64,000 nucleotides of DNA from Rhynchobatus australiae (Eukaryota). This document shows positions 40,185-54,549 of this stretch, in pieces; within the stretch, counting starts at the first letter, position 1, and each line of letters begins with the position of its first letter. The stretch covers positions 3,114,174-3,178,173 of the forward strand of contig JAUZTB010000071.1 of the NCBI GenBank assembly GCA_034780895.1, given 5' to 3'. The notes beneath the pieces are model-generated. The model did not search any database. It worked only from the letters and a program-made list of their open reading frames with translations, and was not told where the DNA came from. The position numbers and the translations under genes are program-made.

Positions 40185-43100
40185 TGTTTAACATCATACA
40201 CCTCGATTCATTGGGAAATTATATGTAAGACTAGAAATTGTTCTCTGAACTTCTCAACTAACAAAGTAGAGTTAGCTAATATGTTGTGGGCTACCTGCGA
40301 AACGATTGGTTAAAGTTTTCATGAGGCCGACAAAGCGACAATAAAACGTAAATCAATCCGCAATGGGGGTTAAACAATTAACATGGCCCCTCGTATTATA
40401 TACTTTTAGAGGTGAAATCGTCTCAAACAAGGAGCACGACTGCATATAAACATATATAGTGTAAAATCCGTAACAATAAAAAACGATATTCAATTTTTTT
40501 AAACAATTTTCAAAGGAACTACTTTGCTTGTTAATTAATCTTATCTCGTGTGACAAATTCTCACACCAGGTCTCATAATCGACAGTCTTATTATTGCTGT
40601 TATTATCTGAAACCGATAACACAAAAAAAACAGTTGAAACCAATCATTGTGTCAGACAATTCTTGCGTCTTTTTTGTGTGTGTGTATTTGGTGGGTGCAA
40701 GAAACTAGCGACTTTGGCGGGTTAGAACGCCTAAATTTGAATTAATAATATTTGCCTGAGAATCCGGTGCTGGTAATGAAATACATATGCTCTCTTCGTA
40801 TTTAAAACTTTACACAAGAAAGATCGTGGCTTAAGTTCTCATCGCAATCCGTGGCACGCAAAGACTTTATTTGTTTTCATCATGTTTTAGTTTTGACAAA
40901 ATTCGCAATAGGGAAGCATTGGACTGGATTAATTTAAAGATAACATTGTTCTATAACTTTTTCTGACCGTAATATTTTAAAGCTCATCCGTACGTTAACG
41001 ATATTGTTACTTATTACTCTGCATCATAACGTTACTCTGTGCGTTTTAATTCCCTAACAAGACTACTTTACAACTAAGGAGTGCGGGAAGTGTGTATCTA
41101 AATCACATAGAACCACGGCGAACTAGCGAATTATTCTAAAATGATTTAAATATATGCATAAACTGTTAGAAGTGGTTAACTTAAAGCCACGGTCTCTCTT
41201 GTTATCTTTTCTATCTATATTGGGGGCCATCCTTTCCGTGAGAATGAATATAAAAAATTTATTTGAATCCGGAAGCTGGAGAGAAATTATGAATGAAAAT
41301 TTCGAGATCACGTTCGTCCTTATTCATAGAGAAATACTCAAATAAAGGCAAAATTCAACGTCAAGTGAGGATTTATATTGGTGGGGACTCCTTCGGCCAT
41401 CCAACTTATCGTACCACTTTCATTACCTCCCTCATTCTCCAAAACTAAAAAAAGTTTAACCCTGTTACACATCCATTAAGAAAGCTTGGTGGAATAACTA
41501 GACGGGGTTGGATGTAGCTGATACAAAGTCAAACCTCAGGACAAGTTATAGTGAAGGCAAAAGATTATGTGGCGACCTGTTTATATGCACTACAAATCAT
41601 TTTTTGCCAAACTTTGATTTTATAAAAGCTAACCTGCATTTTTCAATCCTTACATAAATCCAATTCAAATATATTTACACGATCATTTGATTGGACTCAG
41701 GTACCATTTAATTAATATTTATATCTTAAAATTAGAACCGTTTTAAAGACTATGAGAATTTCAATGGCCTCCATTGGAAAAACTACAGAAACTAACTATA
41801 AATTGAAGGTAATATCTGTGTATTCGTTGTTACGACTTCACCAGTCTTAACCCAGAATGATTCTCCCATTTTAAACCTATTCTTAAATACATGAAGAGCC
41901 CGATTGTTAGAACATACCACGAAGAAAGAATATCCAAATATTTGATCAGATCATTATAAAACTGAATCTATATACTGCTTAACACCTTGTGATTTATATT
42001 TGACAATCAGCATCAATTTGATTATAATTTAGCATCGTGATTCATTTGTCTTGTATGGCCTTGCACATGAACAAAAATAACCTTATTGTTCTGTCATCTA
42101 TACCCTCAGTACAAACGTGCATTTTGCCTCCACGATACTTTCAAAAGTTCGGCAATAAACTTCAGAAAATAATTTGAGGATATCTTCCGCTCAGCGACCG
42201 CTTGGTTGAGTTATTATTTAAAAGAACGCCATTAAGGTGTCGGGAATTAAGTTTCAATTTAACGTGAATGTTATCTAGTCTAAGACATAGCTTTATTTTC
42301 AACAAATAACTTGTCCAACCAGAACCAGCGTGCCTGTAACTTGACATAAAATGGATGTTTGGATCAGGATTAAAAATGTCATATGTACAATTGAATGATG
42401 AATGTTACATATCTTATAAAATAAGAGGTTCATCTTATCTGCAATGTCTTTGATCGAAGCTAGGGAACAAAGTTAAAATCTGTACTTCATTAANNNNNNN
42501 NNNNNNNNNNNNNNNNNNNNNNNNNNNNNNNNNNNNNNNNNNNNNNNNNNNNNNNNNNNNNNNNNNNNNNNNNNNNNNNNNNNNNNNNNNNNNGATTGTA
42601 ATTACACAGTGTGTTCTTTTAAAAGATTCAGTTCATGGATATTTATTTCCACTGACGGCAAAAATAGTTTTCTAAAATAATTATACTTCCTCAAGTCCAT
42701 CAAGCGCGCGGACTGTGAGAACATTTAAGTTATTTTCTCTGTAAAAATTAATTACTTTTTCTAGTCATTCGAAGCATGGGGAGATACACGTTCATATTTG
42801 TGGGGGCCTTTTTATGATGAAAACCACCAATCGGTCAGGCTATTGTTGTGCACATGTTAAAAAGCAGCTTCAAGAAGCCCGGCTATCTCAAAGCGATAAC
42901 AAAACACTGGCGTAGTCAGAACTATGAAATTCTGGATTTATCATTGGAGTTTGCAAATCCTCATTTTACAAATACGGTAATTAAATATACAAAATGTAGT
43001 TTAAAAATCTTCATATCGAATAAGCTTGCGCTATTAATAAAGTTTAAAAAAATACTCGAGACAATTAGAAAATCATTTTACTGTCATATGTGGTCAGTCA

Positions 43101-44869
43101 AATGTGTGTTCAAATAGTGAAGGTAACAGTGTCCAAATGAGAGCGCGGAGGCGACTTTTAACCTGGGAAGAATGAGTATGAGCCGCACTTTAACGATATT
43201 GGACAGTAAAAGGACAAAGAAATTTATGGTTGCGTTTACAGTATAAATACCCGTACACCATAACCGTAAGAAGATTATATGCTTCAATTAGTGCAAATCA
43301 ATGGACATTTTCTGTACGTTTCAAATTGATAGTGTTATATTTTAAAGCTTTTTTAAACCACATATCCAGACCACTGCCAACCAAAAATGGCGATTGTCTC
43401 CGGCAACAGCAGCAGCAGCATCATGAATAAGAAAAGTCCTGACGTTCGGGGTCGCTGCAGGCCATTGGGGTGGGAGCACAGCATTTGGAGGTAAAGAAAG
43501 AGGTTGATCTCATACTTAAATGTGCCAGAAATTAAGCCATTCGCTCCCGGCTACTGGCACAATGTGCAATCCTACTAGTTTAAAAGAAGTTTTAAACGCC
43601 CGGCATCTTTAACAATAACGAGTTCCTGCTGTCTCCCTCTGCTTGATACATTTAATAATGCACTGAACGTATGCAGATGAGAAGGGAAAACAAACTAAGC
43701 TCGTTTGTATTAAATAGTATTCAACATATGAGGAAAGGAGGGGCATACCGTTATAACCCGTGGCTGAACCACCTATAGTCTAATTGATACTAACATCCTT
43801 GATTATAATTCTCTTCTATAAGCACTCAGCGGCTAGGCGCCCCTACGAGTGTTTTGAGCAGTAGCCGATACTAATTTTGCAGGCGCACCACATTGCAAAC
43901 TGACAGTCAAAGTCGACGAATTGTGAAATAGTCACGAAAAAAAAATCCTTTTTAAGAACAAAATGTGAATTAATCAAACAGGAATGTGACGATAGATACA
44001 CTAAGCCTTCTCCGTCAAGAGAAAATGGTCCAATCTGAGGCGGTGTCATCTCCTTATGTAATTGGCTGCCTCCATTTAAAAATTCATTGAAATAGCTCGA
44101 TGTCCTTAGCTGAGGTAATATAGACCTGCCTTTCTTTGTTCAATGTAAAGTTCTGAACAATCATTATCACTGATTGAATAATATTCATGTTTGGATAAAT
44201 TGTATCACTGGAAAGTCAACTATCAGTACTGCAGGACGACAAGCATGGTTAACTTGGTCGTGCGCAGCACGTTTAGCTCTGTGAACTGATAAGTTAAATT
44301 NNNNNNNNNNNNNNNNNNNNNNNNNNNNNNNNNNNNNNNNNNNNNNNNNNNNNNNNNNNNNNNNNNNNNNNNNNNNNNNNNNNTATCTGCTCCTCTATTC
44401 TTTGCTGTTACTAAACCCGTAAATAAATAATTTTTAAAGCAATGACTGAATAGATACGACTCGCGAACAATGCATCCTTATTTGTGTTTCTCTGTGTATA
44501 CCTTTTCAACTACCTGTATATTATTGATCCACCTATCCACCATACTAGATCTTTAGGAATAGAAAAGTTAATCCAACAAGTCGTCTTTGCCATCGTAACG
44601 CAATTCTAAAACTATATGTTAAGCTCTGAGGAAAATGTACAGAATTTGAATGGTTTAAAATATTGCCATGTTATTCGTGCATGTGATTGCACAATCATGT
44701 TACAATCTATCCACGTATCATACATAGAGGCAATTAGACAATCCTATACTTCAGTTAATCTTCAATAACAATCCGCATTTGGCGTTGCTGATGTCACCAT
44801 ATATTTCTTCGTATCAAATGCCAGAGATTCCACTTTTTAATTAAAATCCAAAAGTTTGCGATGACAATA

Positions 44870-44950
44870 ACTGGGGTAATTCAGGCAGTTTCTTGTCACT
44901 GCGATCAAACAGAAGCCCAACAACATGAAACTACCTAAGTCACTCAACAG
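44870..44950 (-). ncRNA. mir-196a: miR-196a precursor hairpin; mature 5p at 44916-44937
   Basis: Reverse complement of 44916-44937 is UAGGUAGUUUCAUGUUGUUGGG. The 3p arm CAGUGACAAGAAACUGCCUGA lies at about 44881-44901. Canonical position between Hox9 and Hox10. Confidence 0.97.
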
Positions 44951-45554
44951 TTCAATTTCGCTGGCGCCAAAGTCTGGACCTAACAGTCGAACAGTAAAAT
45001 AAAGACCAACGTTGCCAAATATGCTTTAGCTAGATATGATTGTATAAAACTCAAATAATAAAAGTAATTATGTATAAGAAATATGAAGAGAGGATGATTA
45101 AATATCCCATAGTCAACAACTGCTGAGAAATTCCACCTATCTAGTTTTAATTATTCCAACAGGATAGACCCCACCATTTTGACCTTGCTTTGTCTGTACC
45201 ATACAAAATTCGGGAAAGTAGCCACGAATTTCACTACATAGTTTCAATACCGCGGGGATGAATCAAGATTTTACTTTTTAAACTAGTCATTGAAATGTTG
45301 TATCAACAGATTTGGAAAAGCTAGAAGTTTCAATATTTTACAAAGTCAACGTCTCTGTAACCATCCTTACAAAAGGTCATTGGCAGAGAACAGTTAACGT
45401 GACAACAATGTCCTACCATTTTCTTCATGTTTTCCAAAATCTTGAAAGCCAAATTAGCGACGTGGTCAAGAAAGAAGAAGAGTGACCATTTTCCTGATCT
45501 TAAAATTATGTCTTGTGGCGTGCCGTTCACAGCCAAACTGCCCAAGTCCAACAA

Positions 45555-45615
45555 GCCCTACATGACAGCAACTTGCCAAACACATTTAGCGGCCATAAAA
45601 CTTTACAAAAGCAGA
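45555..45615. promoter_or_regulatory. Meis plus posterior-Hox/Cdx motif element upstream of miR-196
   Basis: TGACAG followed by ggccataaaa and ctttac within about 50 nt, about 0.65 kb upstream of the hairpin. Confidence 0.4.
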
Positions 45616-47249
45616 CGTGTTCGTCCGTGGAGCATCGTCGGTGCCCACAGTCAGGTTACGACCGTCTCGATGGTATTTAAATCACCGACACCGGATACCA
45701 AATACATTTCAAACTGGAAGGGATTTCTTTCGGGCTGGGAAAATCTGAATTCTCTGTCCTTTTTTCTCTCAACCACCAAGTTGTCCATTTCAGGTCAATT
45801 TCACGGGTTCACAATCAGCCAACCACCGTGCATGATATACACGAGCCAGACTTCAAGGGAGAGCCACTAGTGTGTAAATGGCCACAATAAAGTTAAATAG
45901 ATGTGAAAACATTAAATAAAAACATTTTCAGAAACTACAGAAATCCAGACAAACACAATTTTATTATCTTTTACTTGCGTTTTAATATTGACCTATAACA
46001 AGGCCTAGGAAATGATGCAACGACTTCAAGCCGTGAAATATACAGGACATGCTTTACAAAAGAATTTCAGTCCACATGACCAACATGAAAACAAAATACT
46101 TCATCTAAACACTTAGGGGTGGATTTTCATATTGTTCAAATATTCTTTTTATTCCTCTCTCCTACAAGGTTATTGTGCCGTATTCAGTGTGCTTGATAAT
46201 AAACAAGATGCGATGGACACAATGTTAATAATCTTTGGTATAACAATTCTCTTTACATTATTTTAAAAAATAAATATTACATTTGAATCCAACGTTACAC
46301 ATTTCGTATCTGACAAACCTCCACCGCATGAAAAGCTAATTGAGACGACAGATCACCATTGTTGGCATGTATTAAATGGCAGACATTTTGAAGAACATTT
46401 AAAAAACACTTTATTTCTCTGTACAAACACAGTTTATGTATAATGGCCACTAAAGGTGAAAGAGACATAAACGGCACCGATAGTATGTTACATGCTAAGT
46501 TATGATCAATTGCGCTATAGCCACATTATTACTACTACAGATATTCAAAAGGAATGCAGACACTTCAATGGTTATTACTTTTCAACAACATTGTGCGTAC
46601 CTAGTTTAATTTGAAAATGGAATTAATCTGCAAATGTAATTCCTGATTCGTTTTAATTGATTGGTTTCTCGAATGTTTGGTTGAAGCGCTTCACTCCAGA
46701 TTCACGGCGTGGAACAGAATGAGAAAGCAAAGCTAAACTTTAAACTCAGTCTTGTTAAATATTTCGTCGCCCAACGTGAGGTCCAAGGTGCAAGGGGAAA
46801 AAGTATAGGTCAACAGCAGTTTGCAATAAAAATGAAATTAATAGCTACCGGGAGTCTTTACAAATTGTTTTCTGTTTAGGAGATATGAGCCAGGTGTGGA
46901 AGTTTATTCGTGAAAAATTTTAACCTCTTTAAGTCAGTCAAAGGAACACTGCCAGAAAAAAAAGTCACAGGGTAATGTATGCTTTTATATCATGATAAGT
47001 TCAATCTTGCTGCTTGCTTCTCATGTTGTACTGACTAATATGCATTAAATTAATGTTCTGCCTACTTCTCAAAATCTGATTTAATAGAAATCTCCAGACG
47101 TAAGACGTTATTTTTTAATTGGGNNNNNNNNNNATTGTAGAATATTTTGTTAACCTCTACAACAGTCAACATCATCCCAAAGCGATTTTTGTTTAAAAGC
47201 CTTAAGCCGTTTCTTTCTTTAAAATGTTTGAATTCTCTACCCAAGAGGA

Positions 47250-47434
47250 CTGTGGAAACCTGGTCACTGAGCATATTGCAGACGGAGGTCAATTGAGCTT
47301 TGGATATTAAGGGAACCAAGGGATATGGGGTTAGTGCAGGAAAGTGCGCTGAGGTAAAAGATCAGGCATGATCTCAATGAATGGCGAAGCAGGGTCGAGG
47401 GGCCTAACGGCCTACTTTTATTTCTTGTGTCTTG
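47250..47434 (+). mobile_element. 3' end of a CR1-clade LINE (elasmobranch HER1/HE1-type tail)
   Basis: ...aagggatatggggttagtgcaggaaagtg...gatcaggcatgatctcaatgaatggcgaagcagggtcgaggggcctaacggcctact...tttcttgtg resembles the shark/ray CR1 3' tail. Recognised from memory. Confidence 0.8.
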
Positions 47435-48415
47435 CAGGCAGCTTAATACAACTTGCAGGCTTGTATGTAATTTTAATTAAAAGGGCATGCAGTGCTTCAT
47501 AGTTTCGTTATTCCATGCACTTCTGATAACAGTGGGAAATATTGAGAAAATCTGGGTTCTTCCAGGAAAAAAATAATGAATGTGCATGACCTATTGAAAG
47601 GATATGAGAATAACTGAAATAATTGCACATAATTTGTATCATTTTATAATTAATGCCCACTCAATGGCCAACGTCTGTCTCTTCACCTGCAGACTGATTG
47701 ATTACATAATAATATTTTTACGCCTTCCTATATAATTTAAAATAAAATAACGTAAGATTAAACAGAATGTAAGTGAGTACTACAAATTTCCTTTGATGAG
47801 CCGAATGCTTTGCATTATCACCAATCCTTATGTTGATGATATGTTGATGTATATACTTTCAAACCGCTTCAGGTACTCTTGCAGATAAGATATGTCAGAT
47901 GTCTACATGACGTACGTGAATAACTGCCGATTCCTCTATTGTCCTTCAATAACTGGAAGCTGTCTTAAAATAACAAGTCTTGTANNNNNTAATACATAAA
48001 TGCGGGATTAACTAAAATAGTTTATATGCACCAAAAAGAACAAAACGTATAAAAGAAGCCAGATGTGTTTTTGACTTCGAAGATTTTTTTCGATTTATTT
48101 CGTCATGACTGTGAGGAAGGGCACTCGATTAGTTGATGACAATTAATGGACCCTTGAACGGCAACAGAGTGTCTTCGGCGTTTGTTCATTGGTTCAGAAA
48201 GCAAGTCCAAACTCGCCATCCCACATCTCCCCTTCCTCTTAAGTGGCTCCAAGTTGTTCTAGTGACTAGACCTGAACTTGCAACTTCCATGATCCCCAAA
48301 TCCTCCCTCCAGCCTTTCCCCATCCCCTCCCCACCCCCACCTTCAATATTGGAGCATTCGGATCTCCTGAACCGGATTGTCCGTCGTCTCTTCTTTAATT
48401 GAAAGCATGTATTTA

Positions 48416-48687
48416 TCAAATGGGGAAAGTTGTTGATATTTCTCGAATTCTATGCTCTCGGCTCATTTTTTTCAGCTTCATTCTTCTATTTTGAAACCAG
48501 ATTTTGACCTGTCTGTCGGTGAGATTCACACTCCGACTAATCTCCAGGCGGCGCTCTCGAGTCAAATACATGTTAAAGAGGAACTCCTTTTCCAGCTCCA
48601 GTGTCTGGTGCTTGGTGTACGGACAACGTTTCTTCCTTCCTCCCTTTGCCGTCATCCAGTTTATCGTATTCTCAGCCTTTGCGCTTT
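48416..48687 (-). CDS. hoxb10: HoxB10 exon 2 (homeobox)
   Basis: Acceptor ttgacAG|AA at 48688/48687. Encodes (E)[89 protein letters not shown], a paralogue-group-10 homeodomain. Confidence 0.95.
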
Positions 48688-51600
48688 CTGTCAATCGGGA
48701 AAAAGAAATTGTCAAATCACCTGCTGAATCAAACTTTCCTTTCCGTTTTCCCTATTTTAGCGTCAACAATACAATGCCGAGGAGTTTCAACGAGGTTTCC
48801 GAGTAGGGACTAGGGAACGAGTCTGCTCACTGTTGACTGAGGGAATATGACCCATTCATATTTTATCCTTCTCCGTAACAGCATGCTGTAGAAGATCGTG
48901 ACCTATCGTAGCAACTCCAATGCAGTGCGTGGTATAACTTGGCGATCATCAAAATATAATCCAATATTATAAAGGGGAATTTGCACCTGGACACATAAAT
49001 ACAGCCAATGCCTACTTAAGTTCAATTTAAAATGTTATATCGAATGTATATTGCACCGACTACTCAATTTCTGNNNNNNNNNNNNNNNNNNNNNNNNNNN
49101 NNNNNNNNNNNNNNNNNNNNNNNNNNNNNNNNNNNNNNNNNNNNNNNNNNNNNNNNNNNNNNNNNNNNNNNNNGATTTCTGGCAAAACGGAGAAGCAATG
49201 GGATGGACTGGAATATCAGAACCAATGCTTAGTTCGCCGTGACCTTTTGCCGTTAAAAAAGATCTTGCACTTTGACTGTAAAGAGACATGAATTCTCATT
49301 GGCTGTTCTGTGAACATAGTTGTGTTTAATAAACAGAGCAAGAAATAAAATTTAATTAATTACATAAACATCCTGCTTTACAACATTAAGATAAAGCAGT
49401 TTATATCCTATGGATGTCTCACTAAAAATCAATGAAACGTTTCTTAACTTTCAGGAATTAATGTCTACTTTTTTTGCGAAATGTTTTAAAAGTGAGCTGT
49501 CACGTTGCAAAATAACAAACACCTCCTATAATGTATTTACCCGGGATATTTACAGAAAGGTTACAGTATGTACAAAGGAGGGGAAATAACCCTATAGCAA
49601 AAAGAGAGCCAGAAAGTTAGAGTATGGACACAGGTGATTTCAATAGAGTCATCAGCTTACTTGGAAAGTGTGTTATTTTTCTTTCATTCCTTGAAGCTTT
49701 AACATTAAGCTTGTACATTGTAATGCAAAAAGTGATGCAATGTTTCGCCAAGGGCCAAATTTTTCACAGTACGTTTATGAAACTTATGATGCTAAGCATC
49801 AATGTACTCTCAAAACAGCAACTTATTTTTGCCCCTCTTGTTGAATTAGTTATAACACCATAAATGCACATACCGCCGCTGTATTATATTGAAATGAAAT
49901 GAATTAAATGTTGCTATAGGCAAATTGTAAATACCAGGACAAATCCATTTTCCAGCATCTCTATAGATAAAAAGCAAGGTTGTTAGATATGATGGATACT
50001 AAAAATATAATTAATGAAATTCTGTAAACTGCAAAGCATAAGATAGTTATAAGAATACAGAAAAGCATACAGAAGACTGACAGGATAAAGAAATACCAAA
50101 GGTAATTTCACTGATCTGAACTATACTCGAACGTAGACAATATTCTTGATTTTGAAGGATAGGAATAAAAGTCATAGAACGTATGAAGTATGCCAGGTTT
50201 GCACATACAGCTGTTGTAAGTATATTTCCCAGCAAAACTGATAACATTGAAAAATGGTAGTTTCAGGAAATAATTTACAGAGTGCAACAGAACCGTTCTT
50301 TGCCCGGAAGTTTTCAGTCAACTGCTGAGAGAACGAACAATGCCAATATCACTGATTAATGTATATGCAAATGATTATTGATTGACCATGACCTTGTTGA
50401 GAATTCAAAGGCTTTTCGAAACGTCCAACATATTTAGTTTCATATTACAATTCCCAATATTAACCTCAATAGTTGAGGATCGTTCACTCCTCAAGTGCGT
50501 GTTTAAAATCAACAACCTGTAGTTAGATACGGTTAAAGAGCACGGTCTGATTTTGAGGCACCTGCGGGAGATTAATAATGTTCCTTGTGCCTATTGTGTC
50601 GAATTTACATGGAATACATGCAAATTTGTCAAACATTTCAATTTAATTGCATGCATAAAATACATAGCTACAGATATTAGACATTCTAACATTTCTTTCA
50701 TCTGTTTACCTAACGTCAAATAGCTAAAAATAATCCAGAATTACATGGGTCTGCAAACTTCTCCACGTCTCCAATACTTTTATTTTGTAGATGTTGTGTG
50801 TATCTCCGTGTTGTCCATTTGACGTTACTCCTGCTCTGAGCAACAGACTCATTGAATTAATTGAGAATGTTTATAACAACGTGAGAATTGCGTGCGGCGG
50901 GCACCTTTCCTTACACGCTTTATAAACACAAAAGGCTTACTGAGTTAATCTTTTAACTCAATAATCTTCCTGTGTTTTTAAAGATTAGACTGAGTGTCCA
51001 GAATGCCAACGATTTGAAATGAAATATGGCCAAGCAGAATCCAGAGTTAACATTGAAAATAAAAATGCAAATTTGGAATGGATTGTTAAGTAGTTTGTTA
51101 ATTAATTACAAAATAAGGTTATGTTAATAAAGCGTTGGAAAATTTCCAGTGATACTAATTATATGTCTGAATTCTATTCGCGGAGTTTTGTCAATTATTG
51201 TAATTTAATAATAATAGAAAAATGCATTGCAAATGGGGAAGCAACAAATACATTTAAATAGCCACTTAGTATCACGTTTTCTTTTTCATTGTTATTAGCG
51301 GTGATTTAAAACAAAACATGGACAGAATCCCGACTCAATTAATAACTTGATCTTTATTAGGTACAATCTAATATCATTAGCCTCTTTGTGTGAAACTGAC
51401 ATTACAGTGCAGCAAAGATGGCGGGACTTTGTCATTAAGTTTAGTTTGCCATGATTTTTTTGTCATATATTAAAAATAGAAATAAGTTAGTCAAGTAATC
51501 TCCACAAACTTGGTATGTTAACTTCTGTGCGGCCCAGTGCTTTGCTTATGTTTTGAAACAAAGCTTTTCTCGACGATATTGCTCTCTATGGAATTAAAAT

Positions 51601-53840
51601 CAGCCAGCGACGAGTAATCTGTTAGAGATCAGTCCAACAATTCATTGGTTCTAAAGCAATCAGGAGAGCCCTCATATCGAAAGAGGGTGTTTCTAGGTAA
51701 ATTGTAACAATGCTCAGCCTGGCCAATTTGTCAGGTTAGACCACAGTTTATTAATTCAGATTTACCCAGCCTATAGTTTGATTGGACTCCTAATTTAATT
51801 TGTGTGCTTCCACCAAATATAGTCAATAATTTACATGCACAAAATATCAATTTAATAAATACCTGATAAGAAAACGTTCTGTCTTTCTTCCTAATTAAGA
51901 GTTCATTTAACTTGTGAGGTGTTTCTTTGTCTATCCCGTCGGACAAGGGACACAAGAGGCCGATTTACAAAACCTTGACTCAGATTCGAAGTGTAATGTG
52001 TAATTAACATGTCTGGATTTCCATAACAATACAAACATTTGTATACTCCATTGTGACCTGATGTCTCGTAGGGTCTCTTGGTTTGTGTCANNNNNNNNNN
52101 NNNGTAAACACTCAATAAAGTCAGTGCTTGAACGAGAGGACAACCTATCAGTTCGACATATATTTAGGTCTCAACATCACTCAGAAAACCCAGACACAAA
52201 CAAAGAACCAACCATTTAAAGTTTTGAAGATTACCATAGTTTTTTTTTACAAAGGGGTTGCCGACTAATGTTGAAGTGACTTTGTTTTACAATTTTCACT
52301 ACTTTCTCTGTGTGAGAAGAGGTGGAGGAAATCCGTTATGGTGGATCCGAGTTAATTATAACTTCCTCCGAGTAATTGCATGCTGGTGTTTGCCCAATCT
52401 TTCTTCCTGCGTGGTTGCTCTGGGAAGGGGTAAATGCCAGATTATGCATGTAGGTTATTGCTCACCTGTGAAACAAAGTAGATTTCTGAAGAAATTTAAA
52501 AGCCAAAAATGCTTAATATTCATCACATTTTAAAAGACCATGGCTTGGCACAGCGCAAGTTGTAGGTACCAATTAGGAAGTAGTGTCTATAATACCTCAG
52601 AATAATAATTAGTTTAATTTGTTTGCCCATGTCACTTATTTCTTCCTGATTTAATGAACAACAAGATTTCATGAAATAATGCAGCAATATCTCCGCAGCG
52701 CTGTGTGATGTATTTTTTTTTATTTGGCGCCATAATTTAGCTCCATGGCAACAAAACTGACCTTAAGTAAACATCACATGGTGCCAATAAGCTCATTTTA
52801 TTTATATTCAGTATTTGAAATTTATGGTTGCATCTTATGTTGTTTTGATACACGAACCAACATTAAAAGGCCGTTGGTTGGATACATAAGTTGCTGTTCT
52901 CGGGATGCCCGGCTCACATCAATGCATCAATATCCATAACAACTCATGAAAACTATTGCTGGTCGCCAATGCTGTGCGNNNNNNNNNNNNNNNNNNNNNN
53001 NNNNNNNNNNNNNNNNNNNNNNNNNNNNNNNNNNNNNNNNNNNNNNNNNNNNNNNNNNNNNNNNNNNNNNNNNNNNNNNNNNNNNNNNNNNNNNNNNNNN
53101 NNNNNNNNNNNNNNNNNNNNNNNNNNNNNNNNNNNNNNNNNNNNNNNNNNNNNNNNNNNNNNNNNNNNNNNNNNNNNNNNNNNNNNNNNNNNNNNNNNNN
53201 NNNNNNNNNNNNNNNNNNNNNNNNNNNNNNNNNNNNNNNNNNNNNNNNNNNNNNNNNNNNNNNNNNNNNNNNNNNNNNNNNNNNNNNNNNNNNNNNNNNN
53301 NNNNNNNNNNNNNNNNNNNNNNNNNNNNNNNNNNNNNNNNNNNNNNNNNNNNNNNNNNNNNNNNNNNNNNNNNNNNNNNNNNNNNNNNNNNNNNNNNNNN
53401 NNNNNNNNNNNNNNNNNNNNNNNNNNNNNNNNNNNNNNNNNNNNNNNNNNNNNNNNNNNNNNNNNNNNNNNNNNNNNNNNNNNNNNNNNNNNNNNNNNNN
53501 NNNNNNNNNNNNNNNNNNNNNNNNNNNNNNNNNNNNNNNNNNNNNNNNNNNNNNNNNNNNNNNNNNNNNNNNNNNNNNGTAGAAGGGTCCTATTGAAGAA
53601 ATAAATATTTATTTTAAAAGGGTCACTTAAATGTGTTTGCAATTTACTCTGCCGTAAAGAGCCTGTCCTATAAATTACTTAAGGTATTAATTTGTACTGA
53701 GGGCCCTTTGTGGTGTGGACAAAAAGGCTCCTTTATAGCCTAAATAAAGTCACCTTGCCGCAGATGAGAGAGCCGCCCTGTGTTCCTGCTCCAAATGCGT
53801 GTAATTGCTTGTCCTGATTTCTTTCATGGTTTTTACTCAC

Positions 53841-54549
53841 CTTTTGTTTCTTTTTCGGAAAGGGCCCGATCCGCTCCAGGAAACTCTAAAGTGGGTCTGT
53901 CTTGTACAGAATCACTTTCTCTTCCCTCTGTGGGTTTTCCAGGGTCTCTGCGGCCAGGGTCGCTTGAGCTGCTCACTTTTGTGGCCTTTTCACCTGGTTT
54001 TGAGGAGGACGACGTGGCGAAGGAAGAAGTGAAGGGAATGCTGGATGGAATCGAGCACGGAGCAGCGGCTGGCTGCGGCTGGTTGTAATCCGTGGGTTTG
54101 TTTGATATGTAGTTCGGTTCTGAACGGAAATAGACGGGAACAGGGACCCTGCCACTATCACTTGTGCACATTTCAGAAACCACCCTCGGGTACACCGAGA
54201 CCTCCGTGGCCGTCTTCGGATGTTTATCCCCGTCTAGTAAACAATAGTTGGCTTCTTCCTTCACGCTAGACGAGAAGGGGTAAGTGTTTAACTGCTGAAG
54301 TCGGCTTGTATGGCCAGATGGAGATGGTGTTGCCCACCCTGTCAGACCTGGCACGTACTGATGTGGAACCAGACCTAGACCTTGCTGGTGGTTCATCTCG
54401 TCGTGTTTACGATGACAACTCTGTGCCCCGTAGCCCTGGTCCGGTCTAGAGGACAAATAGCCCCCTGGACAGTAAGGTTGAGCCTGGCTCGAGCAGATTA
54501 AAGCCCTCACTGAAAACGATCTTGGTGCAGAATTCTCCGAACATGACAT
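53841..54549 (-). CDS. hoxb10: HoxB10 exon 1
   Basis: MSCSENSAPRSFSVRALI...FSSSVKEEANYCLLD...VPVPVYFR carries PG10 motifs. Donor G|GTGAGT at 53841/53840 is phase 1 and joins exon 2 in frame; about 326 aa. Confidence 0.93.

Noticed and set aside
44881-44901. miR-196 3p arm resembles the mammalian HOXC copy (miR-196a-2), hinting at a HoxC cluster
   Set aside because: The Hox5-9 proteins carry HoxB-diagnostic termini, so the arm is better read as an ancestral state.
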